A stretch of DNA of 64,000 bases from assembly GCA_047285305.1 (NCBI GenBank), contig JBJBDL010000003.1, positions 1,248,001 to 1,312,000 of the forward strand, in the 5' to 3' direction. The notes beneath the pieces were generated by a model. The model saw only the letters and a list, made by a program, of their open reading frames with translations, did not search any database and had not been told where the DNA came from. Positions 16,411 to 26,967 of this stretch are shown here, piece by piece. Position numbers and translations under genes: made by a program. The number at the start of each line of letters is the position of its first letter. Position 1 is the stretch's first letter. Source of the stretch: Synechococcus sp. (GTDB lineage: Bacteria; Cyanobacteriota; Cyanobacteriia; PCC-6307; Cyanobiaceae).

Positions 16411-18188
16411 TGGGGGCCGTCGCCGACTGGCGCCGGGTCCGTCGTCTCGGTCGTTATCTCGTGCGGGATCGCCGGCGGCTGCTGGTGGCCCTGCTGTTGC
16501 TGCTGCCTTTGGCCTTTGCTGGAGCATTGCAGCCCGTTCTGCTCGGGCAGGCCGTCAGCGTCCTGCGCGGGGAGCCCAGTCTTCCCTTCCTTTCGGGGTT
16601 GAGCCTCTCTGCCTCGATCCGGGTGATCATCGGGCTCTACTTCGTTTCCGTGCTGCTGCGGCTCGGCCTGCAGGGGGTGCAGCAATTCAGCATCCTGGCC
16701 GTCGGACAACGGCTCACCGCCCGCATCCGCGACGACCTCTTTGAACATGCGTTGTCGCTGTCCCTGCGGTTTCACGACCGCATGCCGGTGGGCAAGTTGC
16801 TCACACGGCTCACCAGCGATGTGGATGCCCTGGCTGAGGTGTTTGGCAGTGGTGCCGTGGGGGTGCTGAATGATCTGGTGAGCCTGCTGGTGCTGGCCTC
16901 AACGATGTTGTTCATCGAGTGGAGGCTTGGCCTGCTTCTGTTATTCACGCAGGTGCCCGTCACCCTGGCCGTGCTTTGGCTGCAGCGCCGTTACCGCAAG
17001 GCCAATTACCGCGTGCGTGAAGAGCTTTCCCAGCTCAATGCCGATTTCCAGGAGAACCTCCAGGGCCTCGAGGTGGTTCAGATGTATGGCCGTGAAACGG
17101 TCAACAGCGCCCGTTTCCTGCGCACCGGCATGCACTACCGCAGCGCTGTGAACGGAACGATCTTTTTCGACAGCAGCATTTCAGCCTTCCTGGAATGGGT
17201 GGCTCTGGCCGCCATTGCCTTAGTTCTGGCCCTTGGCGGCTTGATGGTGACCAATGGCGCCATGGGTCTTGGCACTCTCACCACCTTCATCCTGGCCTCC
17301 CAACGCCTGTTTGATCCGCTGCGTCAGCTGGCGGAGCGTTTCACCCAGATCCAGGGTGGGCTCACGGCGGTCGAGCGCATCGGCGAGTTGATGGAGGAGC
17401 CCCTCGAGATCGCTGAGGCCAAAGGGGTTCTCCCCCACGTAAGTGGCGGTGGCGGCGAGGTGATCTTCGAGAACGTGAGCTTCGCCTATCGGCTGGACGA
17501 TCCGATCCTCCGCAACCTCTCCTTCCGCATCGCCCCCGGAGAACATGTCGCCCTGGTGGGCCCCACGGGGTCGGGCAAAAGCACGATCATCCGCCTGCTC
17601 TGCCGCCTGTATGAACCCCAGCAGGGGCGCATCCTTCTGGATGGACGGGACATCCGCACGATCCCGATGGCCGATCTCCGGCGTGAGCTGGGCGTCGTGC
17701 TTCAAGACACGTTCCTGTTCAGCGGCAATGTGGCCGACAACCTTCGGCTCAATGCGTCGGTGAGTGATCGAGAGCTGGCTCAGGTCTGTGCTGAGCTTGG
17801 TCTCAACGAGCTGTTGGCCAAGCTTCCCAACGGGCTGGAGACGGAGCTGCGCGAGCGGGGCGGCAACCTCTCCTCGGGCGAGCGCCAGCTGCTGGCGGTA
17901 GCCCGGGTGGCGATCCGCAAACCAACGGTTTTGGTGATGGATGAAGCCACCGCCTTCATGGACCCTTCAACGGAGGCGACGCTGCAGGCTGATCTCGATC
18001 GCCTGCTGCAAAAGCGTACCGCCATCGTCATTGCCCACCGCCTGGCCACGGTGGAAGCCTCGGACCGCATCCTTGTGCTGCGCCGCGGTGAACTGATTGA
18101 ACAGGGAACCCATCGCGAGCTCAGGGCCCGTGGCGGGCTCTACGCCCAGCTGGCTGATCTGCAGGAGCGGGGGTTGGCGCGACTGTGA
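16410..18188 (+). CDS. ABC exporter, fused permease/ATPase
   Basis: TM domain, GPTGSGKST, LSSGERQ, MDEAT. Confidence 0.93.
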   Translation: MGAVADWRRVRRLGRYLVRDRRRLLVALLLLLPLAFAGALQPVLLGQAVSVLRGEPSLPFLSGLSLSASIRVIIGLYFVSVLLRLGLQGVQQFSILAVGQRLTARIRDDLFEHALSLSLRFHDRMPVGKLLTRLTSDVDALAEVFGSGAVGVLNDLVSLLVLASTMLFIEWRLGLLLLFTQVPVTLAVLWLQRRYRKANYRVREELSQLNADFQENLQGLEVVQMYGRETVNSARFLRTGMHYRSAVNGTIFFDSSISAFLEWVALAAIALVLALGGLMVTNGAMGLGTLTTFILASQRLFDPLRQLAERFTQIQGGLTAVERIGELMEEPLEIAEAKGVLPHVSGGGGEVIFENVSFAYRLDDPILRNLSFRIAPGEHVALVGPTGSGKSTIIRLLCRLYEPQQGRILLDGRDIRTIPMADLRRELGVVLQDTFLFSGNVADNLRLNASVSDRELAQVCAELGLNELLAKLPNGLETELRERGGNLSSGERQLLAVARVAIRKPTVLVMDEATAFMDPSTEATLQADLDRLLQKRTAIVIAHRLATVEASDRILVLRRGELIEQGTHRELRARGGLYAQLADLQERGLARL

Positions 18189-18688
18189 TCGCTCCTCTGC
18201 CCATGCCTGTTGATCCTCTGTTGGAGCAGTACGGCCAGGGGGCGCGTCTCTGCCCCTGCGCCAATGATCAGATCACCTTGGTGTTCAGCCAGGAGTACCC
18301 CTTCGATCTGGTGGAGCTCGAGCAGTTGCTGGAAGCGGTGGGCTGGAGCCGCCGGCCGATTCGCCGGGTTCGTAAGGCCCTCAGCCACAGCCTGCTCAAA
18401 GTGGGCCTCTGGCGGCACGACCCACGGGTGCCCCGTCTGGTGGGGTTTGCGCGCTGCACAGGTGACGGTGTGTTTGAAGCCACCGTCTGGGACGTGGCCG
18501 TGCATCCCCTGTACCAGGGCAATGGCCTGGGCAAGCAGATGATGGCCTACATCCTCGAGGCCCTTGATCAGATGGGAACTGAGCGGGTCAGTCTGTTCGC
18601 CGATCCGGGCGTCGTCAGCTTCTATCAGAGCCAGGGTTGGGATCTCGAGCCCCAGGGCCATCGCTGTGCCTTCTGGTACGCCAACTGA
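18185..18688 (+). CDS. GNAT acetyltransferase (Ycf52-like)
   Basis: WDVAVHPLYQGNGLGK. Confidence 0.88.
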   Translation: MIAPLPMPVDPLLEQYGQGARLCPCANDQITLVFSQEYPFDLVELEQLLEAVGWSRRPIRRVRKALSHSLLKVGLWRHDPRVPRLVGFARCTGDGVFEATVWDVAVHPLYQGNGLGKQMMAYILEALDQMGTERVSLFADPGVVSFYQSQGWDLEPQGHRCAFWYAN

Positions 18689-18697
18689 TCGGCCCCT

Positions 18698-19387
18698 TCA
18701 GCGCCGGTAGAGCCGCAACAGCTGCTCCGTTGATCGCCCCTGCCGCCACAGCCAGCGCAGCCGGGCATTACGCCAGGCCTGCACCAGCACGCTTCGCTTC
18801 TGCCAGCGCTCTGCGCTGGTGAGCAGGGCACAGTTCAATGAACGCAGGGGGGCGACCTGGCTCAGGCGTTCCACCAGGTCCAGGTCTTCCATCAGCGCCA
18901 GGGGCCTGTAGCCGCCCACGCGCTCATACAGCTGGCGCTGAATCAACAGGCCCTGATCGCCGTAAGGGCGTTGCAGCCAACGGCTGCGCAGGTTCACCAT
19001 CCGCTCCAGCAGCCACAGCATCGGCCGCCCATGCGTCTCCACCTTGAAGTCGAAGCACCAGGAGCTCAGGTGCGCCTTCGGCCTGTTCAGAATCGCTCCC
19101 ACCTTCTGGTGCCAGGTGTCCGGCAGGCGGCTGTCGGCGTGCAGCACCAGCACCCAGGCATGGGAGCTGTGGCCAACGCCCCAGCGCAGCTGTGGACCCC
19201 GCCCGGCGGTGGGGCTGTCGAGCACGGTGGCGCCGGCCAGCTGAGCCACCGCCCGGGTGTGATCCCTGCTGCCGCCATCCGAGACGATCACCTCCAACTT
19301 CCCCGGCCATCGCTGTAGATCCGCCAGCAGCAGCGGCAGCCTGCTGGCTTCATCCAGGGTTGGAATCACAACGCTCAGCCCTGCCAT
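18698..19387 (-). CDS. GT2 glycosyltransferase (TIGR04283-like)
   Basis: SVVIPTLDE, DGGSRD, LHAD, PYGDQGL, MEDLDL. Confidence 0.88.
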   Translation of the reverse strand: MAGLSVVIPTLDEASRLPLLLADLQRWPGKLEVIVSDGGSRDHTRAVAQLAGATVLDSPTAGRGPQLRWGVGHSSHAWVLVLHADSRLPDTWHQKVGAILNRPKAHLSSWCFDFKVETHGRPMLWLLERMVNLRSRWLQRPYGDQGLLIQRQLYERVGGYRPLALMEDLDLVERLSQVAPLRSLNCALLTSAERWQKRSVLVQAWRNARLRWLWRQGRSTEQLLRLYRR

Positions 19388-20016
19388 GGCTTCAGATCGC
19401 TCCAGTGATCCAGATCATTCCGTTGGGCCACGAGGGCCGATGACAGCTGCCGTCTCCGCGCCGCCTCCAGCGTTGCCTCCAGCACGCTGGGGCCGCCCCA
19501 GGGAATGCCGATCAGCGGCCAGAGCTGCGGGCTGCGGATCAGGGATGCGCCGATCCCCAGCAGCCAGTAGCCCCCATCGGAGGCTGGCCCCAGCACCAGG
19601 TCATGCTGCTCCAAGTGCTCAACGGCTTGCCTCAAATCATCGGGATTGAGTTCGGGCAGATCCGTGCCGATCACGAGGCAGGGCCTGTTGTGGCGATGGC
19701 CGTGCATCAATTGCCGTCGCAATCGGGTGCCGAGTTGCCCCCTCCCCTGCAGCCGCACCTGCCCCAGCCCCAGCTGTTGCCCCCAGCGAGTGGCCGCACG
19801 GGGGCCGAGTCCGCTCACTGCCAGCACCGGCTCGATCTCCATGGCGCCGGCGAGGCCCCGCAGCACCGCTGCGGTGTGCTGCGTGAGCCGCCGTTGGATC
19901 CTTGTGGCGCGTTCGCTGCTGTCGGCCAAGCCCAGCTCATGGTTGAGATCGCGGCTCAAGCGGCGTTTGCATCGGCCCGGTGATGGCCAGCGGGCCATCA
20001 CAACGATCTGCACCAT
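19375..20016 (-). CDS. TIGR04282/DUF2064 glycosyltransferase-like protein
   Basis: PGRCKRRL, IGTDLP, LGPASDGGYWLLG. Confidence 0.85.
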   Translation of the reverse strand: MVQIVVMARWPSPGRCKRRLSRDLNHELGLADSSERATRIQRRLTQHTAAVLRGLAGAMEIEPVLAVSGLGPRAATRWGQQLGLGQVRLQGRGQLGTRLRRQLMHGHRHNRPCLVIGTDLPELNPDDLRQAVEHLEQHDLVLGPASDGGYWLLGIGASLIRSPQLWPLIGIPWGGPSVLEATLEAARRRQLSSALVAQRNDLDHWSDLKPWQG

Positions 20017-20017
20017 C

Positions 20018-21145
20018 TCAGTTGTTGCGGGGCAGTTCCCACGGGCGCACCTGCACGGTGAGCTCCTCTCCGTTGCGTTGAAGGGTGAGCTGCATCGGTT
20101 TCCCCACTTGGCCGCGGTCCACGGCGAGTTGCACCTCGTTGGGGGTTTGAACGGGGTTGTTCTCCACCTTGAGGATCAGATCGCACTGGCGGATGCCGGC
20201 AGCAGCGGCCGGCGTGCCTTTCACCACCTCTTTCACCAAAACGCCATTCAGCTCGGGCACCGTGCAGGCGCTGTTGGTGGAATTGATTTCCCGCGCCAGC
20301 TGCGGCGTGAGGTTCATCAGCTGCACGCCTATGAAGGGATGGGAGGCCTGACCGGTGCTGACGATCTGTTGCGCGATCCGCTTGGCCAGGTTGATCGGAA
20401 CCGCAAAACTCAAGCCGCCACCTGGGGCAGTGCGGATCGCCGTGTTGATGCCGATCACCTGACCGGCGGCATTAATCAGGGGGCCGCCGCTGTTGCCGGG
20501 GTTCACCGCTGCATCGGTCTGGATGTAGGGAACTCGCTGGCCGTCACCGATTGCATTGAGGCGGCCGACGGCGCTGATGATGCCTGCCGTCACGGTGTTG
20601 TTCAGGCCGAAGGGATTGCCGATGGCAATGGCCCATTCCCCCGGCTTGAGCTGGTCGGAGTTGCCCAGGGCCGCCACCGGCAGGTTGTCGGTTACCACTT
20701 TCACCACCGCAACGTCGGTGAGGGGGTCGGTGCCGAGAACCTTGCCCTTGAAACTGCGTCCGTCCGGTAGGGTCACCGCCACCTGATCGGCACCACGCAC
20801 CACGTGCTCATTGGTGAAGATCAGGCCGCTGGCCCGGGTGATGAAGCCGGAGCCCTGTCCCTGCTGCCGCTGGCTGGAGGGACCAATCCCAAAAATCCCT
20901 CCGAAGGGGTTGGAGATCTCCTTCACCACATCGATGCGCACCACCGCTGGACCGACGCGATCCACCGCCTTCACGATCACGTTGTCCCCCGGTTGCAGAG
21001 GCGCATTGCGGGGCTGATCGTGCACCACCGGTGGCGCCGTCATCGGTGGCTTGGTGGTCAGACCCAGCTGGTCTCTTACCAGGCTGCAACCGGAGAGTGC
21101 ACTCCCGGCCAGGGCGATGGCGAGCCAATGCTGGGCGTTGGGCAT
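20018..21145 (-). CDS. HtrA/DegQ-family serine protease with PDZ domain
   Basis: GSGF, TNEHVV, DVAVVK, GNSGGPL, C-terminal PDZ, lipobox-like LSGC. Confidence 0.92.
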   Translation of the reverse strand: MPNAQHWLAIALAGSALSGCSLVRDQLGLTTKPPMTAPPVVHDQPRNAPLQPGDNVIVKAVDRVGPAVVRIDVVKEISNPFGGIFGIGPSSQRQQGQGSGFITRASGLIFTNEHVVRGADQVAVTLPDGRSFKGKVLGTDPLTDVAVVKVVTDNLPVAALGNSDQLKPGEWAIAIGNPFGLNNTVTAGIISAVGRLNAIGDGQRVPYIQTDAAVNPGNSGGPLINAAGQVIGINTAIRTAPGGGLSFAVPINLAKRIAQQIVSTGQASHPFIGVQLMNLTPQLAREINSTNSACTVPELNGVLVKEVVKGTPAAAAGIRQCDLILKVENNPVQTPNEVQLAVDRGQVGKPMQLTLQRNGEELTVQVRPWELPRNN

Positions 21146-21228
21146 CACGACGAGATGTGTGCTGATGCATTTAAGACGGCCTGAGCGGATCGGCATGCGT
21201 AGATTCAGCGCTCGGGCGATGGGCGGTT

Positions 21229-22626
21229 TTGGCGCAGACGGGCGAAGAGCTCTGGATCAAGGTGCGGGATGGGTTGCAGGCGAAGCTGAGCAAGCCCACC
21301 TTCGAGACCTTCATTCGCCCCACGGGTTGCAGCAGCTTTGCCAATGGAGAGCTGAAGCTTCTGGCCCCGAATCCCTTTGCCAGCGTTCGTCTGCGGGAGC
21401 AGCTGCTGCCCACGATCGCCGAAATGGCCAGCAGCATCAGCGGTCAGCCCGTCCAGGTGACGGTTTTGGCGGAAACCGCCTTGCCACTGCCGGACGCTAC
21501 CGATGAAGCATTAGCCGCTGCAGATGCGGCGCCGCCTCCAGCGGCCCAGGAGTCGGCATCGGCTCCAGCGCGGAACGGCTCCCCACGCCGCTATCTGCCC
21601 GGGCTCAATCCCCGCTACGTGTTCGGCCGTTTTGTGGTCGGCCCCAACAGCCGGATGGCCCATGCGGCGGCTTTGGCTGTGGCCGAAGCACCTGGCCGGG
21701 AGTTCAACCCCCTGTTCATCTGCGGCGGTGTTGGCCTGGGCAAAACCCACCTCATGCAAGCCATTGGTCATTACCGGCTGGAAATCGATCCCGGGGCCCG
21801 GGTGGCCTATGTCTCCACCGAAACCTTCACCAATGACCTGATCCAGGCCATCCGCAAGGACGGCATGCAGGCCTTCCGCGATCGCTACCGCGCCGCCGAT
21901 CTGATCCTGGTGGACGACATTCAATTCATCGAGGGCAAGGAGTACACCCAGGAGGAGTTCTTCCACACCTTCAATGCCCTGCATGAGGCAGGACGTCAGG
22001 TGGTGATCGCCAGTGATCGTCCCCCCAGCCAGATTCCGCGGTTGCAGCAGCGCCTGATCTCCCGGTTCCAGATGGGCCTGATCGCTGACATTCAGTCGCC
22101 TGACCTGGAGACACGCATGGCGATTCTTCAGAAGAAAGCAGAGCAGGAGCGCATGTCGCTGCCCCGTGATCTGATCCAGTACATCGCCGGTCGCTTCACC
22201 TCGAACATCCGCGAGTTGGAAGGGGCCCTGACTCGGGCTGTGGCCTTCGCCTCCATCACGGGGCTGCCGATGACCGTGGAATCCGTGGCACCGATGCTCG
22301 ACCCCACGGGGCAGGGGGTAGAGGTCACGCCGCAACAGGTGATCGACAAGGTGTCTGAAGTGTTTGATGTCACGGCCGAGGAGATGTGCAGCAGCACCCG
22401 TCGCCGTGCTGTGAGCCAGGCCCGTCAGGTGGGGATGTACCTCATGCGCCAGGGCACCGACCTCAGCCTGCCGAGGATCGGCGACAACTTCGGCGGAAAA
22501 GACCACACCACGGTGATGTACGCGATTGAGCAGGTGGAGAAAAAACTGGCCTCCGACCCCCAGCTCGCCGGTCAGGTGCAGAAGGTGAAGGATCTGCTAC
22601 AGATCGATTCCCGCAAGAAGCGCTGA
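21229..22626 (+). CDS. dnaA: Chromosomal replication initiator
   Basis: [33 protein letters not shown]. Confidence 0.97.
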   Translation: MAQTGEELWIKVRDGLQAKLSKPTFETFIRPTGCSSFANGELKLLAPNPFASVRLREQLLPTIAEMASSISGQPVQVTVLAETALPLPDATDEALAAADAAPPPAAQESASAPARNGSPRRYLPGLNPRYVFGRFVVGPNSRMAHAAALAVAEAPGREFNPLFICGGVGLGKTHLMQAIGHYRLEIDPGARVAYVSTETFTNDLIQAIRKDGMQAFRDRYRAADLILVDDIQFIEGKEYTQEEFFHTFNALHEAGRQVVIASDRPPSQIPRLQQRLISRFQMGLIADIQSPDLETRMAILQKKAEQERMSLPRDLIQYIAGRFTSNIRELEGALTRAVAFASITGLPMTVESVAPMLDPTGQGVEVTPQQVIDKVSEVFDVTAEEMCSSTRRRAVSQARQVGMYLMRQGTDLSLPRIGDNFGGKDHTTVMYAIEQVEKKLASDPQLAGQVQKVKDLLQIDSRKKR

Positions 22627-23295
22627 TCAGCGGCAGGCTTTCTTGTCACCTTTCCAGCCAGGCATGTCCTGTGCAGCCGCAGAGCAGACCAGCTGGCGGG
22701 CTGCTGCGAGTGCCGGCTCCAGGCGCCTGGAGCTGAAGGGGGGCAGCGGTCGGCTGCGCAGCCAAGCACCCCAACGAAACTCGTGATACGGGATCAGGGG
22801 CTGAGGCTTGATCCACCCCTCCTGCTTCAGCTTCCACACAAGGCTCCGGTAGGGATCGTCGTCCAGTCCCAGAAGGCTCGTTGGCAGCTGCTCGGCCGGG
22901 CGGGGGCCGTTGCCTCGTCCGTCGTAGAGGTAGAGCCAGCCCTGGTTGTGCAGATAGGCCAGCACAGTGCTTCGGTCGGCTGTTGGGAGTTCATCCACCA
23001 CGTAACCCCAGGTTGTGGCACCTGGATCAATGCCGATCAGGCCTCGCAGTCGGTGGTGCCAGTCCAGCATCCACATGCCGCCATTGGCAGATCGGATCAA
23101 AGGGACCGGTTTGCCGCGCAGGTAGTCAAGACGTTGCTGACGGGTGTCCTGGGCGAAATCTTTCTCGCGCGACCAGATCTCCGCCAGTCCCACACACCAC
23201 TGGGTCGGCTGCAGCTGCGCCGCTGACACTTCAATCAGATCGGTCCCCCGATCGGGGGCTGGGATCGGTTGATAAGCGGGCAGCCGCAGGGGCAC
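22627..23295 (-). CDS. ParB-like (ParBc_2) domain protein
   Basis: LQPTQWCVG, D.HHRL, DDPYRSL, EFRWG. Confidence 0.75.
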   Translation of the reverse strand: MPLRLPAYQPIPAPDRGTDLIEVSAAQLQPTQWCVGLAEIWSREKDFAQDTRQQRLDYLRGKPVPLIRSANGGMWMLDWHHRLRGLIGIDPGATTWGYVVDELPTADRSTVLAYLHNQGWLYLYDGRGNGPRPAEQLPTSLLGLDDDPYRSLVWKLKQEGWIKPQPLIPYHEFRWGAWLRSRPLPPFSSRRLEPALAAARQLVCSAAAQDMPGWKGDKKACR

Positions 23296-23318
23296 GACTC
23301 AGCGTTGGCGCCCCCGCA

Positions 23319-24551
23319 CTATGACCCAATTAAGAAGGGTCGGGGATCCTGATCAAAGCGATCCCTCACCGGCAAGGGATTGGCCTGCTCAGGGCTATCT
23401 AGCTGGGCGGTGGCTTCAAGGGCCTGACGCAGCACACGAGCAGCCGGGAGCGGCATATCCCTTGGCACCGAAATTCGATCGCGCAGATAGCGCAGTCCAG
23501 CAGCACTCCCCGCTGGAGGCGGGCAGGGTGTGTTGTGAACCAACCGGGTGAGGGCACAGCGCAGGGGCTGGTCAAAGGCCGCAGCACCCATTGGGTTCAC
23601 GTCGCGCAGCCGTTGCTGGTGACGCAGCACCCGTCTCAGGGCGATGACGGCCTGATCGGCTTGATGGTCCTCATCCCAGCAAGCTTCGTCCTCGCCAAGG
23701 CCATCACCTCGGTCGATCCGTTCGGCTAGGCGCTTCGCTTCCTCACCATCGTCCGACCAGCAGCCGCCCATCTGGGGAGGCAGGTCATGGGCATGGGTAT
23801 GAAAGTCGCTTTGGGTGCCGCGGTAGGTCTCCAGTTGCTCCAGGGCACGGAACCAGCGGTCAATGGCTGGATGCTCAGCCCTCAGCCGGAATCCCTTGTA
23901 GTAAGCCAGCGAAGCATTCATCCGTTCCACGTAGGGAACGAAGATCAGATCCACGGTCTGCGGTTCCGGACCCCGCAGCCACGGTCCTCCGTCCTGGTTC
24001 AGCTCCCGTTCAAAGCGCCGGGCGATGTCTTGAAACTGCTCTCGGGCCAGAACCTGTTGCCTCGGACTCAGCCGTGGTGAACACAGCCAGATGCACCAGG
24101 CCTGAAACAGCAGCCGTTCAAGACGGCGCAGCTCTAGAGCTTCCGGCTCTGTCATCGCCATGCCCAGAGGGCCGAACTGCTGTTCGAGAGCCAACAGGAT
24201 GTCGTCGCTTTCGGTGATCAGCCGCTCGTTGAGCTCCAGTGCCGGCAACATCCCCGAAGGCACTTTTTCCAGGAACCACGGCTCCTTCTGGCCGTAGCAG
24301 CGCATGGTGACTTTGCGGATCCGGTAGGGGATGCGCTTGAACTCCAGCCAGAGCCAGACTTTTTGGCAGTAGGGGCACCAGGCGTGGTGGTCGCGGTACA
24401 GCGTGACCATCACGTCGGATTCAGGCTGTCCGAACAGGCGCAACGCGGCCTGTGCATTTGTCGGCCCCTCAATCCGATTCGGTTCCGGCGTCGCCAGGCT
24501 GGCCAGTTCCGACCAACTCAGGGGTTCAGCTGATTCCGATGAAAGGGGCAT
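23319..24551 (-). CDS. Glutathione S-transferase family protein
   Basis: LYRDHHAWCPYCQKVWL, SGMLP, ITESDDI. Confidence 0.88.
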   Translation of the reverse strand: MPLSSESAEPLSWSELASLATPEPNRIEGPTNAQAALRLFGQPESDVMVTLYRDHHAWCPYCQKVWLWLEFKRIPYRIRKVTMRCYGQKEPWFLEKVPSGMLPALELNERLITESDDILLALEQQFGPLGMAMTEPEALELRRLERLLFQAWCIWLCSPRLSPRQQVLAREQFQDIARRFERELNQDGGPWLRGPEPQTVDLIFVPYVERMNASLAYYKGFRLRAEHPAIDRWFRALEQLETYRGTQSDFHTHAHDLPPQMGGCWSDDGEEAKRLAERIDRGDGLGEDEACWDEDHQADQAVIALRRVLRHQQRLRDVNPMGAAAFDQPLRCALTRLVHNTPCPPPAGSAAGLRYLRDRISVPRDMPLPAARVLRQALEATAQLDSPEQANPLPVRDRFDQDPRPFLIGS

Positions 24552-24771
24552 GAAGGATCGGCGCAAGCGTTGCCCGTCCATAGGACTGCCAGTCACCCAG
24601 TTCGTGCATCAGCGCCAGACAGTCCTGCTGGCGGCCCTGATCAGCCAACTGCTTCAGCCGCAGTTTCATGTCGTCGCTGGTGATCATCATCACGATCTCG
24701 CGGCGTTGCGATCGTTTGAGGCGCAGCTCAGGTTCAGGCGGCTGCCTGCGGCGCTTGGAAGAACGGTTCAT
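24526..24771 (-). CDS. Hypothetical protein
   Basis: 81 aa ORF; true start uncertain. Confidence 0.55.
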   Translation of the reverse strand: MNRSSKRRRQPPEPELRLKRSQRREIVMMITSDDMKLRLKQLADQGRQQDCLALMHELGDWQSYGRATLAPILHAPFIGIS

Positions 24772-24885
24772 GGTTTAAGGACGCGGTTGAAATACGACCG
24801 ACTCGTCTTGGGCCTTTTGGCCCCCTTCCCCGGACCATAACGCCATCTTTACGATGACGCCCGTCGTCTCGAGCACCCTTCTGTT

Positions 24886-26244
24886 ATGGGCGCTGATCTG
24901 GATCTGATTGTTCTTGGGGCGGGGTCTGGTGGACTGGCCGCTGCGAAACGCGCGGCCCGTTATGGAGCCCGCGTCGCAATCGTCGAGGGCGACCGCGTTG
25001 GCGGCACCTGCGTGATCCGCGGCTGTGTTCCCAAGAAACTTTTGGTGTACGGCGCCCAGGCCCGCCATCAACTGGCGGATGCCTCGGCCTACGGCCTTGA
25101 GATCGGTTCGGTGCGTTCGGATGTGCCTGATCTCCTGCGTCGGGTGCGCGCCGAAGTGGATCGGCTCAATGCCCTCCATATCGGATTTCTGGAGAAGGCC
25201 GGAGTTCAGTTGATCTCCGGTTGGGGACGCTTCACGGCAGCAGATCGCATCGGAATCTCCGATCAACGCGGTGGACCCGTGCGAGAGGAACTCTCGGCCC
25301 CGCGCTTTCTGGTGGCGGTTGGTGGCCGGCCGGCCCGGCCGGAGTTTCCTGGGGTTGAACACACCTGGGTCAGTGACGACATGTTCCTGCTGGAGGATGT
25401 CCCTTCCGCCGTGGTGGTGGTGGGTGCAGGTTTCATTGCCTGTGAGTTCGCCTGCATCCTGCGGGGCCTTGGTGTTGCGGTCACCCAGGTGGTGCGTGGT
25501 CCGCGCTTGCTGCGCGGTTTTGATGCTGAGTTGGCCGATGCCGTGCTGGGTGGCATGCGTGAGCAGGGCATTGAGGTGATGTTGGAGCAGACGCTGGTGG
25601 CTGTGGAGGGAGAGCCCGAGGCGCTGACGGCGCGGCTGGAGAATAGTGAGTCTTTGGCTTGCGGCGGTGTGTTGATGGCCACCGGGCGTCGCCCCTGGCT
25701 TGCGGATCTTGGGCTGGATGCTGCCGGCGTAGCGGTCGAGAACGGCCGCATCATGGTCGATGCCAACTCCTGCACCTCGGTGCCCCACATTCATGCCGTC
25801 GGCGATGTCACCGATCGGGTCAACCTCACGCCTGTGGCCATTGATGAAGGTCGTGCTTTCGCCGACAGCGTCTTCGGGTCGCGTCAGCGGCAGGTGAACC
25901 ACGACCTCGTGGCCAGTGCCGTGTTCAGCGATCCAGAGCTGGCGACCGTGGGCCTATCGGAAGAACAGGCCATCGAACGCCACGGCGTCGATGGTGTTGT
26001 TGTGCATCGCGCCCGCTTCCGGTCCATGGCGCGGGCCCTGCCCGCTTCCGGCCCCCGTTGTCTGCTCAAGTTGGTGGTGGAGAAGGCCACCGATCGGGTG
26101 CTGGGCTGCCACATGGTGGGCGAGCATGCCGCGGAGATCATTCAGATGGCGGCGATTGCCGTGGGGATGGGCGCCAACAAGGCCGATTTCGATCGCACCA
26201 TGGCACTGCACCCCTCTGTGTCAGAGGAGTTCGTGACGATGTAG
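24886..26244 (+). CDS. gor: Glutathione reductase
   Basis: GAGSGG, GGTCVIRGCVPKK, ALHPSVSEEFVTM. Confidence 0.95.
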   Translation: MGADLDLIVLGAGSGGLAAAKRAARYGARVAIVEGDRVGGTCVIRGCVPKKLLVYGAQARHQLADASAYGLEIGSVRSDVPDLLRRVRAEVDRLNALHIGFLEKAGVQLISGWGRFTAADRIGISDQRGGPVREELSAPRFLVAVGGRPARPEFPGVEHTWVSDDMFLLEDVPSAVVVVGAGFIACEFACILRGLGVAVTQVVRGPRLLRGFDAELADAVLGGMREQGIEVMLEQTLVAVEGEPEALTARLENSESLACGGVLMATGRRPWLADLGLDAAGVAVENGRIMVDANSCTSVPHIHAVGDVTDRVNLTPVAIDEGRAFADSVFGSRQRQVNHDLVASAVFSDPELATVGLSEEQAIERHGVDGVVVHRARFRSMARALPASGPRCLLKLVVEKATDRVLGCHMVGEHAAEIIQMAAIAVGMGANKADFDRTMALHPSVSEEFVTM

Positions 26245-26343
26245 TGATCTGGCAATCCTTTCGACAGTATGAAAGGTGAATGACAGTGCATATCTGGCGA
26301 TCTAGACCACGATTAGATCGATATATATGACGTGGAATCATTC

Positions 26344-26967
26344 ATGCAGAGTCGAGGTCATAAGGCTGATTTTGCTCACTTTTTGATTGAATCAGGCGAG
26401 CAGTTGCTCAGCCTTCTTTGGCCTACAGCTGATGCTCGCCGGGCAGCGTCCTTAGAGATTATTGCTCGCACGGCCTACACGGCTGAGGAAAGTGCTTGTC
26501 ATTACCTTGAAACGATTGGACTCGATCAGAGTGGTGCTATTCGTAAAACTCTGGAGCTGGCACGTCGGCAGGATAGTAATGAGCAGACGCATGAAGACAT
26601 TTTTTCTCGTGATCTTGGTGGATTGTCTTTATGGATAGATCGCTTTGTGGCAAGGCATGTAGCTGTCCTTGTTTATTGGATATTTGCTCTTACTACCTTG
26701 TTGGATCACGAGTTGGCCTCTTTGCTTGGAGAAGCTGTTGAGGCCGAAGCTGTCAAAACGTACCGGCGCATGCTTCTGGAGCAGCCAGAGGAATGGTTGC
26801 AGCAGCCCGTAACTCCGATTGCAACAGCCTATTGGAGAAAAGAGGGAAATATGTGGGCTGCCCGTGATGAATGTGAGCCAAAAACTCTTCGAGATGTAAT
26901 CGAATTAATTGCCAGAGATGAGTTGGACCATGTGGCGGCTAATAGCAAAAAAGCAATTGCTTTTTAG
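26344..26967 (+). CDS. Alternative oxidase / PTOX-like di-iron protein
   Basis: LEIIAR, NEQTH, VEAEAVKTY and RDELDH give the di-iron carboxylate pattern; lower GC than its neighbours. Confidence 0.75.
   Translation: MQSRGHKADFAHFLIESGEQLLSLLWPTADARRAASLEIIARTAYTAEESACHYLETIGLDQSGAIRKTLELARRQDSNEQTHEDIFSRDLGGLSLWIDRFVARHVAVLVYWIFALTTLLDHELASLLGEAVEAEAVKTYRRMLLEQPEEWLQQPVTPIATAYWRKEGNMWAARDECEPKTLRDVIELIARDELDHVAANSKKAIAF

Noticed and set aside
21877..21886. HIP1 octamer GCGATCGC
   Set aside because: Only a few scattered copies, with no evident over-representation.
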